Below, in pieces: positions 41,313-51,132 of a DNA stretch of 64,000 bases. The translations under genes and the position numbers were made by a program. The DNA is from Lachnospiraceae bacterium (GTDB lineage Bacteria; Bacillota; Clostridia; Lachnospirales; Lachnospiraceae). The notes under the pieces were generated by a model that was not told where the DNA came from, made no database searches, and saw only the letters and a program-made list of their open reading frames with translations. Numbering within the stretch: the stretch's first letter is position 1; the number at the start of each line of letters is the position of its first letter. Where the stretch lies: assembly GCA_014804655.1 (NCBI GenBank), contig JAAUZK010000014.1:65704-129703 (forward strand), written 5' to 3'.

Positions 41313-41886
41313 AGCACTTTTTTTGTGTGGGGTGGTTGTAGTATTAACGGCCTGTGGTCAGGAAGCAGCTCCGGCCGGAGATCTTGCACAGACTATCAAG
41401 ATTGGCACCGGCAGATCGGGGAATGACGGGAAAGTCGATGACAAGGAAGACAGGGAGACAGAAGCGCCGGATCAGGAAAATACCAAAGAAGGGGAAGGTG
41501 TCTTCTGCTTTGTATACGAAGGTGCAACACTGATTCCGGGGGAGCTTGTGGATCATTCTGTGCTGCCGGAGTGTTCTGATGTCGCAGAGGTTCCAAGCTG
41601 TGCCTTTGACGGAAATGACAACATATATAATTTTGACGTGTTTGAACTGACAGCATACTTGGATGGGGATGAGGAACGCATTTATTCCGTTTATTTTATG
41701 GACCCGAACCTGCCCACGACGGAGGGGTTGTGCCTTGGGGATACTGTGGATGATATGAGATCCCTCTACGGAGAGGGCTATGAAGAAGAAGGAACTGCCT
41801 TCACTTATACAAGAGGGAAGACTTTGCTGATCATTATCGCCAAGAATGATATCGTGGTCAGCATTGAATATCGCCTGGATAGATAG
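41293..41886 (+). CDS. Hypothetical lipoprotein
   Basis: Lipobox LTAC after a signal peptide; overlaps the SGNH gene. Confidence 0.8.
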   Translation: MIKKISKALFLCGVVVVLTACGQEAAPAGDLAQTIKIGTGRSGNDGKVDDKEDRETEAPDQENTKEGEGVFCFVYEGATLIPGELVDHSVLPECSDVAEVPSCAFDGNDNIYNFDVFELTAYLDGDEERIYSVYFMDPNLPTTEGLCLGDTVDDMRSLYGEGYEEEGTAFTYTRGKTLLIIIAKNDIVVSIEYRLDR

Positions 41887-42002
41887 CACGGATTCTGGTA
41901 TTGGGAGCGGGAAGAAGCAATAGCGGCAAAAACAGAAGAAAGTGCCCCTTCCATAGATGATGCAATAGAGGACAAAACCTCGTTGCGATACGCTCTTTTC
42001 AC

Positions 42003-42031
42003 TTGCACCTTGCAAACTTGTTTACTATAAT
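42003..42031 (+). promoter_or_regulatory. SigA promoter
   Basis: TTGCAC-N17-TATAAT. Confidence 0.7.
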
Positions 42032-42099
42032 TAGACATATAATAGTCGTGCCTGCGAAGGTACTGAACAGTTACGAATAATCAGAAAGGGCAAAGTCTT

Positions 42100-45021
42100 A
42101 TGGAGAAGATACATAAAAGAACACCTGGCAGAGCAACAAGGTTTCTTGTGTCAGTGCTTGTAGTGGCACTTCTGGTATCAATTGGCAGTCCCGGAGTTGT
42201 ACACGGCGCGGAAAAGCGCACAGTCCGTGTTGGCTTTTTTCCTATGGATGGTTACAATGAGACCAAAGCGGACGGCAGCCGTACAGGTATGGATGTTGAG
42301 TATCTGGATGCGCTGTGCGATTATATAGACTGGAATATTGAGTATGTGGAGTGCGAAAGCTGGGACGATGCCCTGACTATGCTTCTGGAAAAGGAGATAG
42401 ATCTGGTGGGTTCTGCGCAGTATTCCGCGGAACGGGACAAGCTGTATCAGTATGCGGACTTAGCCAGCGGATATACCTTTGGTGTGATTGCCGTAAATGG
42501 CGGCAGCACATTTGCATATGAAGACTTTGCTGCGATGCGCGATGCCACCTTTGGTGTTGTGGGCAGTTACATACGAAAAGACGAATTTTATGAATATATG
42601 GCAGATCACGGGATTCCGGATCCCAAGGTAAAGGTATACGAAAATGAGGCAGCTCTGCATGCAGCATTGAATGCCGGGGAAATTGATGCCCTCGTACATT
42701 CCTTGACAGAGGTTCGTGAAGGACAACGTGTGGTCGGCAGGTTTGCGCCCATGCCTTTTTATTATATTACCTATCAGGACAACTATGATTTGGTGAGGGA
42801 ACTCAATCAGGGAATCGCAGATCTGAAGATGAACCGGCCGGGGCTGGAAAATGAACTGATGGTAAAGTATTATGACAGCAGACTGGATCAGACGATTCTG
42901 CTGACAAGTAGTGAGAAGAAGTATATTGCGGAACAAAAGACATTGACCGTAGGATATTTAGATGGTTACTATCCGTTCTCCTATGAAAATGAGGGAGTCT
43001 ATATGGGGCTTTCCAAACAAATGTTGGAGGAGGTGTCTGTGAGCACAGGGATCCTCTTTAACTATGTGAAACTGGAAAGCATGGAGGAGGCTAGGAATGC
43101 CTTAAAAGTCGGTAGTATCGATATCTTAAGCTACTGTGGGGAGACGGTTCAGCGCATGCAGTCAGACGGATTTGCAGCCACAAAAGAGTATGCACAGGCA
43201 CCTCAAGTCATTATTATGAGCAGGGATGACAACTCAGATTCGATAAATGTCCTTGCTGTGGAAGAAAGCAACGCTTCTGGGGCGGCAGTGCAGGATTTCA
43301 TCGATGAGAATACGCATCTTTTGCTCTATTCCTCACAGCTTGAGAGCCTGAATGCGGTGATGTCCGGCGAGGCGGACGCGGCCATATGCGACGGGTATCT
43401 GGCGGAGTATCTGCTCGGTTCGCAGCTTCGTTTCAACAAGATGGAGATCCACAGTGTGCTGAGTGAGACCCACAGCATCTGTATGCTTGTGGCAGATAAC
43501 GAGGATTCGCCTCTTCTCGACATTTTAAATAAGGAGCTGCTCGAGGTCAGCGACAAGATGGTTAATGACTATATGCTCCAAGACAATTTCTATTCCAAGA
43601 TGAGTATGGCGAATTTTATCAGTGATCACAGTATTCCGATTATTCTTGTTCTGTCGTGCTGTGCTGTGGCAATCATTCTGGTTCTGTTCTTGCTACTGCG
43701 GAACAGTATGCGGGTTCAGAAGCTGATGAACAAGGATACGGTATTTAATATTTGGAATCAAAATTATTTGAGGTATCGGGCGGCACAGAAACTGGCAGCG
43801 GACAGAAACAGCAATTACGCCGTTGCCTACACGGATATCGGTCAATTTAAGAGTTACAACGCGTTGTATGGTTGGAGTGCGGGTCAGCGTATACTGGAAT
43901 TAGTCATCGAGGTGTTCCGTGAGGAAATAGATAACAAAAACGAACTCTACGGCAGAAACTACGGAAGTCATTTTGTGCTTTTTATGAAGTATGATAACAT
44001 GGAAACTCTGCGAAGCCGTCTGATAAACATAGCAGATAAAATATCTTCACGAATCTATGAGAAAGCGGATGCCCATATGTCACTTGCTATAGGTGTAGGT
44101 TGTCTGGAGAACGGGGACAACGATTTACAGCGTGCTTTGGCTGAGGGTATACAGCTGGTAGATTCTTTAAAGAGCAGCTACGGCAATGTGGTGCAGATTT
44201 ATGATGACAAGCTGCGGGAGCAGCTGAGAGAGACGCATGAGCGGGAAAAGCTTTTGGAATCTGTCGATACCAATAAGGACTTTGTGGCTTATTATCAGGC
44301 AAAGGTGGATATTCGCGATGAAAAGATCGTGGGCGCTGAGGCGTTGGTACGCTTCAAGGACCCTACAGCGGACGGAGCCATTCGCACGCCGTGGTTCTTT
44401 GTACCCTATTATGAGCGCACCGGCAGGATTAAGGAGATAGATTTCTTTGTTATGGAAAGTGTGTGTAGAATGTTGCGTCGGCGGATTGATGCGGGCAGGA
44501 ATGTAGTGCCAGTGTCCTGCAATTTTTCCAGAATGCATTTTACGGATGATGATTTTCCTGAAAAGTTTGAGTCCGTTATTGACAAATATCAGATTCCCAA
44601 AGAACTAATCGAGGTGGAGATTACAGAGACACTGGTAGTAGAGGATGAGCAGCAGCAGAAGGTCAAGAAGATCGTGGACATCCTGCGGGCAAAGGGCGTG
44701 CATCTTTCCATAGACGATTTCGGGTCAGGGTATTCTTCTCTGGGAGTGTTTGAACAGATACCGGCTTCCGTTATTAAGCTGGATCGTTCGTTCCTGCTCA
44801 ATAACGAAAATCGTACCAGACAGGTGCAGATTATGAGGAATATCGTAAATCTTGCCAAAGATCTGAACGCCCAAGTGGTCTGTGAGGGCGTGGAGACAGA
44901 GAACGATACGGAGCTTATGATGGAGATCGGCGCTTATGTGGCACAGGGTTACCGCTACTGTAAGCCGATACCGGAGGATGTGTTTGAGAAAATGTTGGAG
45001 GACAATGCTGCCTCATTCTAA
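42100..45021 (+). CDS. c-di-GMP phosphodiesterase: two substrate-binding (PBP3-like) domains, TM, degenerate GGDEF, EAL
   Basis: GAEALVR, EVEITE, SIDDFGSGYSS, KLDRSF, EGVET; the GGDEF position reads YGSHF. Confidence 0.9.
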   Translation: MEKIHKRTPGRATRFLVSVLVVALLVSIGSPGVVHGAEKRTVRVGFFPMDGYNETKADGSRTGMDVEYLDALCDYIDWNIEYVECESWDDALTMLLEKEIDLVGSAQYSAERDKLYQYADLASGYTFGVIAVNGGSTFAYEDFAAMRDATFGVVGSYIRKDEFYEYMADHGIPDPKVKVYENEAALHAALNAGEIDALVHSLTEVREGQRVVGRFAPMPFYYITYQDNYDLVRELNQGIADLKMNRPGLENELMVKYYDSRLDQTILLTSSEKKYIAEQKTLTVGYLDGYYPFSYENEGVYMGLSKQMLEEVSVSTGILFNYVKLESMEEARNALKVGSIDILSYCGETVQRMQSDGFAATKEYAQAPQVIIMSRDDNSDSINVLAVEESNASGAAVQDFIDENTHLLLYSSQLESLNAVMSGEADAAICDGYLAEYLLGSQLRFNKMEIHSVLSETHSICMLVADNEDSPLLDILNKELLEVSDKMVNDYMLQDNFYSKMSMANFISDHSIPIILVLSCCAVAIILVLFLLLRNSMRVQKLMNKDTVFNIWNQNYLRYRAAQKLAADRNSNYAVAYTDIGQFKSYNALYGWSAGQRILELVIEVFREEIDNKNELYGRNYGSHFVLFMKYDNMETLRSRLINIADKISSRIYEKADAHMSLAIGVGCLENGDNDLQRALAEGIQLVDSLKSSYGNVVQIYDDKLREQLRETHEREKLLESVDTNKDFVAYYQAKVDIRDEKIVGAEALVRFKDPTADGAIRTPWFFVPYYERTGRIKEIDFFVMESVCRMLRRRIDAGRNVVPVSCNFSRMHFTDDDFPEKFESVIDKYQIPKELIEVEITETLVVEDEQQQKVKKIVDILRAKGVHLSIDDFGSGYSSLGVFEQIPASVIKLDRSFLLNNENRTRQVQIMRNIVNLAKDLNAQVVCEGVETENDTELMMEIGAYVAQGYRYCKPIPEDVFEKMLEDNAASF

Positions 45022-45835
45022 GCTTATGCGGAGTCGTGCCGTAGGTTTCTTTGAACATTCGCATGAACTGCTTGTAATTTGTTATTCCGTTTTTTTCCAG
45101 CAAGAAGGTAATACTCTCATCTGTCTGTATCAATTCCTGATAAAATCGCATAAGGCGCACCTGTGACACGTAAGTGAAGAAAGTCTGACCGGTATATTTT
45201 TTAAAAAGGCGGCAGAAATATTCGGGAGTGACACTAAGCTGCGCCGCGATCTGGTTAAGGGATATTTGTTCCCGATAGTGTCTGCGGACATATTGCATGC
45301 TCTGTTCAATACGCAGGAAATCCCGTTCCGTGCGTTTTCTGTTTTGTACGCTTAAGAGAGAGGAGCCCTTCGTGTACAGAAGATAAAGAAAATAGTAGAG
45401 CCGTGTAAAGAACAGTAGATGCCAGCCCATTTCCCTGTTCCGATCCAGATCGATAAACTCCCGGAAGATTTCGCATAACCGGAGATTCAGTGAGTCGGGA
45501 GAGGAATCATGCGGAAGATATTCAGAAAAGTGAAGCAGCTTCCAGTCTGTGCTGATGCGCTCCAGATGGATGGAAGGAATCTGAAGCAGATAATAATGAC
45601 AGTCTCCGAGTGCGTGAGTGTAGTGAATATCCTGAGGATTGACAATCAGAATATCGGATGTGAGAAGCTCATAGGATGTCTCGTTAATATAGGCGGTCAT
45701 TTTGCCCTTGGCTATATAAAGTATTTCGAGGTGCTGATGCCAGTGTGCCGGGACGAGAATGTCGGAATCTTCTACGGAAGTAAAATATACCTGAGTCAGT
45801 TCATCATCGTGGATTGTTTCGTGTTCGCAGTGCAT
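44915..45835 (-). CDS. AraC family transcriptional regulator (cupin + HTH)
   Basis: PAHWHQHLEI cupin; YFCRLFKKYTG; FMRMFKETYGTTP; RBS ggagg before ATG 45835. Confidence 0.92.
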   Translation of the reverse strand: MHCEHETIHDDELTQVYFTSVEDSDILVPAHWHQHLEILYIAKGKMTAYINETSYELLTSDILIVNPQDIHYTHALGDCHYYLLQIPSIHLERISTDWKLLHFSEYLPHDSSPDSLNLRLCEIFREFIDLDRNREMGWHLLFFTRLYYFLYLLYTKGSSLLSVQNRKRTERDFLRIEQSMQYVRRHYREQISLNQIAAQLSVTPEYFCRLFKKYTGQTFFTYVSQVRLMRFYQELIQTDESITFLLEKNGITNYKQFMRMFKETYGTTPHKLRMRQHCPPTFSQTHPPVSAYSSGNPVPHKRRSPS

Positions 45836-46090
45836 GGGTGCCTCCCGGGAAAAATCTATTATGGTCAATATAATCATAAAATTTATGCTTAATTATATCT
45901 AAAACCGCACATAATATCAAGATTGACCTATATTTTAAGCAATATTTATTATAGATTAACAGAGTGCTTATACTTATAATGTATTATAGATCAGAAGAAC
46001 GGACATTGGGCGTATAGTAACGGACAAGCTATTGCGCGGAGTAAATTGTAACGAATAATCAGGCAGAATCTGCCGGAAAAGAGGGATAAG

Positions 46091-48496
46091 ATGGAGAGAT
46101 GGGCAAGGGCGAAGTATCAGCCGAATCTGCCTCTTAAAGAGGGGCAACACGTAACTGCATCAAAGGAGCATATCACGCTGTCAAAAGAAGCAGCAAAAGA
46201 AGGGATGGTATTGTTAAAAAACGATAATAATCTTCTACCGCTTCGTGCCGGGAGCAGAGTGGCTCTTTTTGGTAAAGGAAGTTTTGATTATGTAAAGGGC
46301 GGCGGCGGAAGCGGTGATGTGACCGTCTCTTATGTGCGCAATCTGTATGACGGATTGAAGCTTCAGGAGGATACGGTGACATTATATGAGCCGCTGTCTG
46401 ATTTTTATCGCAATGACGTGGAAGAACAGTATGCGAAGGGTGCGGCACCCGGTATGACAGTAGAGCCGTCTCTTCCGGACGATCTGGTGGAGGGTGCGAA
46501 GGCATTTGCAGATACGGCTATTATCGCCATCAGCCGTTTTTCGGGAGAGGGCTGGGATCGTTCCAGTGTGGAGTATGACGGAGAGTATAATCCCTGGGAA
46601 ACGGAAACCAGTATGCCCAAGATTGCAGGAGAAATTTTCGAGGATGGGGATTTTTACCTGACTAAAAAAGAAAAAGAAATGATTCAGAAGGTAAAGGAAA
46701 ACTTTGCGAAGGTGGCGGTGGTATTAAATATAGGTGGTGTCATAGATACTACATGGTTCAAAGAGGATGATGCTTTTTTCTCTGTACTTGTGGCATGGCA
46801 GGCCGGTATGGAAGGCGGACTTGCGGCGGCAGAACTCCTCTGTGGTAAAGCATCTCCTTCCGGCAAGCTTCCGGATACTTTTGCGGGACGTTTAGAAGAC
46901 TATCCATCTACGGAAAACTTCCATGAATCTCCGCATTATGTAGATTATACGGAAGATATTTATGTTGGGTATCGTTATTTTGAAACGATTCCGGGAGCGG
47001 ACAGCAAGGTATGTTATCCTTTTGGATTCGGTCTGTCATATACACAGTTTGAGATAGTTCCCCACAAGGCTCTGATGGAGGACGGTGTGATTAGGATCAC
47101 CGTGCAGGTGACGAATGTCGGTAAAACAGAGGGTAAGGAAGTGGTACAGGCATATTACAGTGCACCGCAGGGAATATTGCAGAAGCCATACAGAGAACTG
47201 GCCGCATTTGCAAAGACAAGAAGCCTTATGCCCGGAGAGAGTCAGACGGTAGTACTGGAATTTGCCAGAAATGAAATGGCATCCTATGATGATTTAGGCA
47301 AAATCGCAGAATCGGCATATGTGCTGGAAAAGGGAACCTATGAATTCTATGTGGGCAATTCGGTAAGAGATACCTGCAAACTGGACTTTTCTTTGACTCT
47401 TACGGATAATGAAGTAGTGGAACAGTTAAGCAGGAAGGCGGCACCGACCAGTCTGAAGAAGCGTATGCTTGCGGACGGCAGTTATGAGGAACTTCCCTTA
47501 TCACAGGCGAACGATCCTAACGAGTGCGTGCTTGTAAAGATGGAAAGCGGCACGGAAGAAGCGTTGACTCCGTCAGTCAGAAGCCGGGAAAGCTATCTCC
47601 TTATGAAGCCTTATGCAGAAGGGGCAAGGCCTCTTATAGAAGTAGCAGAGGGCAAAATGACGATGGAGGAATTTGTCGCACAGTTAAGTGATGAAGACCT
47701 CATTCATATGCTGGGCGGACAGCCGAACACATCGGTAGCCAATACTTTCGGTTACGGCAATCTTCCGGAATATGGCGTACCCAACATTATGACTGCGGAC
47801 GGACCGGCGGGTCTCAGAATCTGTCTGAATACTACCGCATGGCCCTGCGCCACACTGCTTGCCTCCACATGGAACACGGAATTGATAGAGCAGGTGGGCA
47901 AAGCCGGAGCGGAAGAAGTAAAGGAAAATAATATTGCCGTGTGGCTGACCCCTGCGGTAAATATTCATAGAAATCCGTACTGCGGGCGCAATTTTGAGTA
48001 CTATTCCGAAGATCCTTATCTGACGGGTAAGATGGGAAGCGCTATGGTGAAAGGAATCCAATCACAGCATATTGGGGCAGCAGTGAAGCATTTTGCATGT
48101 AATAATAAGGAAACCAACAGAAAACACAGTGATTCCAGAGTTTCGGAACGTGCGCTCAGGGAAATTTATCTGAAAGGCTTTAGGATGATCGTGAAAGAGG
48201 CTGATCCGTGGGTGATCATGTCCGCATACAATATGATAAACGGACACCGGTCTTCCGAAAATCATGAGCTTCTGGAAGATATCCTGCGCGGTGAATGGGG
48301 CTATAAAGGTATGGTTACCTCAGACTGGTGGACGAGAGGCGAGCATTATAAGGAGATTAAAGCCGGCAATGATGTGAAGATGGCGTGCGGCTTCCCGGAA
48401 CGTGTGAAGGAAGCGATGGAGAAGGGCGCGATTGGCAGAGATGATCTGGTAAGATGTGCGAAGAGAGTGCTGGGATTGATTTTGAAGATTGACTAG
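46091..48496 (+). CDS. GH3 beta-glucosidase/xylosidase with permuted domain order
   Basis: N-terminal EGMVLLKN…SGKLPDT…YPFGFGLSYT (GH3_C/Fn3), then ADGPAG, GRNFEYYSED, KHFACN and VTSDW (GH3_N). Confidence 0.95.
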   Translation: MERWARAKYQPNLPLKEGQHVTASKEHITLSKEAAKEGMVLLKNDNNLLPLRAGSRVALFGKGSFDYVKGGGGSGDVTVSYVRNLYDGLKLQEDTVTLYEPLSDFYRNDVEEQYAKGAAPGMTVEPSLPDDLVEGAKAFADTAIIAISRFSGEGWDRSSVEYDGEYNPWETETSMPKIAGEIFEDGDFYLTKKEKEMIQKVKENFAKVAVVLNIGGVIDTTWFKEDDAFFSVLVAWQAGMEGGLAAAELLCGKASPSGKLPDTFAGRLEDYPSTENFHESPHYVDYTEDIYVGYRYFETIPGADSKVCYPFGFGLSYTQFEIVPHKALMEDGVIRITVQVTNVGKTEGKEVVQAYYSAPQGILQKPYRELAAFAKTRSLMPGESQTVVLEFARNEMASYDDLGKIAESAYVLEKGTYEFYVGNSVRDTCKLDFSLTLTDNEVVEQLSRKAAPTSLKKRMLADGSYEELPLSQANDPNECVLVKMESGTEEALTPSVRSRESYLLMKPYAEGARPLIEVAEGKMTMEEFVAQLSDEDLIHMLGGQPNTSVANTFGYGNLPEYGVPNIMTADGPAGLRICLNTTAWPCATLLASTWNTELIEQVGKAGAEEVKENNIAVWLTPAVNIHRNPYCGRNFEYYSEDPYLTGKMGSAMVKGIQSQHIGAAVKHFACNNKETNRKHSDSRVSERALREIYLKGFRMIVKEADPWVIMSAYNMINGHRSSENHELLEDILRGEWGYKGMVTSDWWTRGEHYKEIKAGNDVKMACGFPERVKEAMEKGAIGRDDLVRCAKRVLGLILKID

Positions 48497-48536
48497 AAGA
48501 AGAGCTATAAGATCGATTTTGTATGTCGATGGAATT

Positions 48537-48577
48537 AGGCCGGGACGCTTATGATAGGATAGGGCGTTCCGGCTTTT
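48537..48577 (+). terminator. Intrinsic terminator after GH3
   Basis: gccgggacgctt…gggcgttccggctttt. Confidence 0.75.
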
Positions 48578-48637
48578 GCATTGTAAGTTGCCCTTGGATA
48601 TAACTGCGGAAATAACTATAATCTTGACAAGTAATAT

Positions 48638-50583
48638 CCCATCTTTGACAGTTGAAAAGGAGTGAAGACCTCACAAGTAGCATAAATACGCAGTTTGTGA
48701 GGTCTTTTTCATTTGTAAGTTTGTGGCTATTTTTATTTCTTTTTAGTCTGGTTTAAAATTTTTCTCATGTTTTTCTGGGATATGATCTGGTAATCGGTTC
48801 TAAAACCAAACGCATCATGCAGAGCATCAGTCAGGTCAGTCCTTGTGTATGTTGGAATGTAACCTTCTCCGGGTACTATCATCATATCCATAGACCTTAA
48901 AGTATTTATGATCTCTTCACATGTGTATTTATCGTGCAGTTTCTTTTCGAGGATCCTGTAAATGATAAGTGCAGTAAAGCAGGTGGTGAAATGAGCAGTT
49001 ATCCTGTCCTTTCTGGACAGATAGACCGGTCTCGCCTTAAATTCTGTCTTCATAATGCGGAAGCATTCTTCTATTTCCCAACGCTTTGTGTTGATTGCTA
49101 TGATATCGGGAACAGCATACGCAAGATTGGTGCAGACAGCATACAGACCGTCATATCTGGCTTCTTCATCGATCTGGTTCTGATCGAGGCAGGTAATTGT
49201 TCTGTCAGCGATTTCGCCGTCACAAGTGCAGTGTCCCTGCTCAACAAAACGCTTAGGGTCAGTTCCTTTCTTTCTGTTAAGGGAAGAGGGAGATTCCACG
49301 TACTTTTTGGCCCTTTCTATCTGTCTTTCCCGGACCAGGCGCTGGTAATTACGGTATTTGACAGAGTAAGTAACAATGAGGTGCTGTTCAAGACCGTCTT
49401 CATTGATCCATCTGTCTTTATAAAAGACTTTATCGTAATCGGCTTGTTCATCAAGACCGTTCAGCTTATAAGTTTTATTATCGCCGGGAAGATACCAGCC
49501 TTCATCATCTAAACAGAAATCCTGAAGGAAGCCTTTGAGTTTTTTAATGGATTGTGTTGTCACAAACCCTCTTCCCTGTATGCTGTTGAACTTCCGGTTG
49601 GCAGTGGAAGAAAGACCGGCATCTGTACATACGATAAAGTCTGAAGTATCAAAATCCTTAATGATTTTCTTCTCAAGAGGTGTCATAGAGGGCTGCTCAT
49701 TTTCATTACCGTTAAAAAGGGAGAAGGAAAGGGGGATCCCGTCTGCATCCATGAATAATCCCATTTGTATGATGGGATTGGGACGGTGCTCTTTTGAGAC
49801 ACCATATCTTCTGAAATCGTCTTCTTCCTCGATTTCAAAGTAATAGTTGGTGCAATCGTAGTAGAGGACTTCTTTTTTACGGTCTATGACGGACTGGGAG
49901 TTCTTATATAATTCTGACTGGAAAAAATCATTCTCTTTTGAAATAACTTCCAATGCCCTGTATATTTGATGCAGATCACACTTTGGCTGTTCAAGGAACT
50001 TCTGGGAATCGTTAAAAGATGACCGCTTTGACCCGGGAAATATGATTCTTGAGTAAATAAGCATGGACAGGATGTTATTTAAATCATACTCAAATTTATA
50101 TTTATCTGAAATGATAGAACAAATCTTATCAAGCCTCAAGGAATGAAAAATATCCTGTAAGAAAAGATAACCGGCATTGCAGGAACGACGGACATTTTTA
50201 TCAATAAGCATAGATGCAGAGTATTTAAGCAGGATTCCCTGTTTGGATTCTTTTTCTGCAAGGGTAAGTTTTTTGGTATACTCTTTTGCCCATTCAACAG
50301 GGTCGGCATCTCCACAGCGGGCCTTGATCTCTTCAATACTTCCAAGCCTTTCAACTGTCTTTGTGGTTGTTTTGTTACCAATGCGGACCGATTTCTGAAC
50401 GTAATAGGTAGGCGATTGTTTAGTACCTGCACAAGTAAGCTTCATATATAAATCCTCCATGCCTTATTATAATACAAATACACACAAATAGCCACATAAA
50501 AATACAAAAAAGTTGACAAAAAAATACAGGCTTTTCAAGGCCTGCGAGGATTTCTTATTGATTCAACTGTCAAACTACCGAGG
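48638..50583 (-). mobile_element. IS1634-family insertion sequence
   Basis: 13-bp IR core TTTGACAGTTGAA (48644-48656) / TTCAACTGTCAAA (50562-50574) flanking a DDE transposase; exact ends uncertain and no TSD seen. Confidence 0.88.
48733..50460 (-). CDS. IS1634-family DDE transposase
   Basis: YYDCTNYYFE, GVSKEHRPNP, CTDAGL, RWEIEECFRIMKT…RPVY; the true start may be a few codons downstream (MKLT). Confidence 0.93.
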   Translation of the reverse strand: MEDLYMKLTCAGTKQSPTYYVQKSVRIGNKTTTKTVERLGSIEEIKARCGDADPVEWAKEYTKKLTLAEKESKQGILLKYSASMLIDKNVRRSCNAGYLFLQDIFHSLRLDKICSIISDKYKFEYDLNNILSMLIYSRIIFPGSKRSSFNDSQKFLEQPKCDLHQIYRALEVISKENDFFQSELYKNSQSVIDRKKEVLYYDCTNYYFEIEEEDDFRRYGVSKEHRPNPIIQMGLFMDADGIPLSFSLFNGNENEQPSMTPLEKKIIKDFDTSDFIVCTDAGLSSTANRKFNSIQGRGFVTTQSIKKLKGFLQDFCLDDEGWYLPGDNKTYKLNGLDEQADYDKVFYKDRWINEDGLEQHLIVTYSVKYRNYQRLVRERQIERAKKYVESPSSLNRKKGTDPKRFVEQGHCTCDGEIADRTITCLDQNQIDEEARYDGLYAVCTNLAYAVPDIIAINTKRWEIEECFRIMKTEFKARPVYLSRKDRITAHFTTCFTALIIYRILEKKLHDKYTCEEIINTLRSMDMMIVPGEGYIPTYTRTDLTDALHDAFGFRTDYQIISQKNMRKILNQTKKK

Positions 50584-50713
50584 CGTTTCGTCAGATGGTG
50601 AATCCTTTTTTTGTGACACAGAATTGGGAATTTGTGAAAATGAATCGAAAAACCTTGTAATTTTTGATAAATTATTTATAATGGAATATGGATTCTATTA
50701 ATGTGGGAGGAGT

Positions 50714-51118
50714 ATGATTATGAGTACCCTAGCAAATACCAATGTTTTTGACTATGTCAATGTGCTGGACAAGGCGATGGATGCATCATGGCTTCGTAAC
50801 GATGCCATATCGAACAATATTTCCAATGCCGATACACCGGGTTACAAGAGACAGGATGTAAACTTTGAGACACAGCTTGCCAAGGCGCTTCGCAGCTCCA
50901 GATACAAGAGTATGGATGCCAAGGTAGCGGATGTGAAGCTGAACCGCTTGAAACCTATTACATACACGGACTATTCAGGTTTCTCGTACCGTATTGACGG
51001 CAATAACGTGGACCCCGATACGGAGGGCGTATATCTTGCCAAGAACCAGGTAGTATATCAGGGACTGGAGTTGGCAGTGAATCAGGAATTTAAGAATCTT
51101 CAGGCAGTTATGAAATAG
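50714..51118 (+). CDS. flgB: Flagellar basal body rod protein FlgB
   Basis: ISNNISNADTPGYKRQDV; DGNNVD. Confidence 0.96.
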   Translation: MIMSTLANTNVFDYVNVLDKAMDASWLRNDAISNNISNADTPGYKRQDVNFETQLAKALRSSRYKSMDAKVADVKLNRLKPITYTDYSGFSYRIDGNNVDPDTEGVYLAKNQVVYQGLELAVNQEFKNLQAVMK

Positions 51119-51132
51119 AAGGAGAATTGACT

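Noticed and set aside
48625-48645. Target-site duplication for IS1634
   Set aside because: The flanks (…gtaatat on the left, cgtttcg… on the right) do not match at any boundary I tried.
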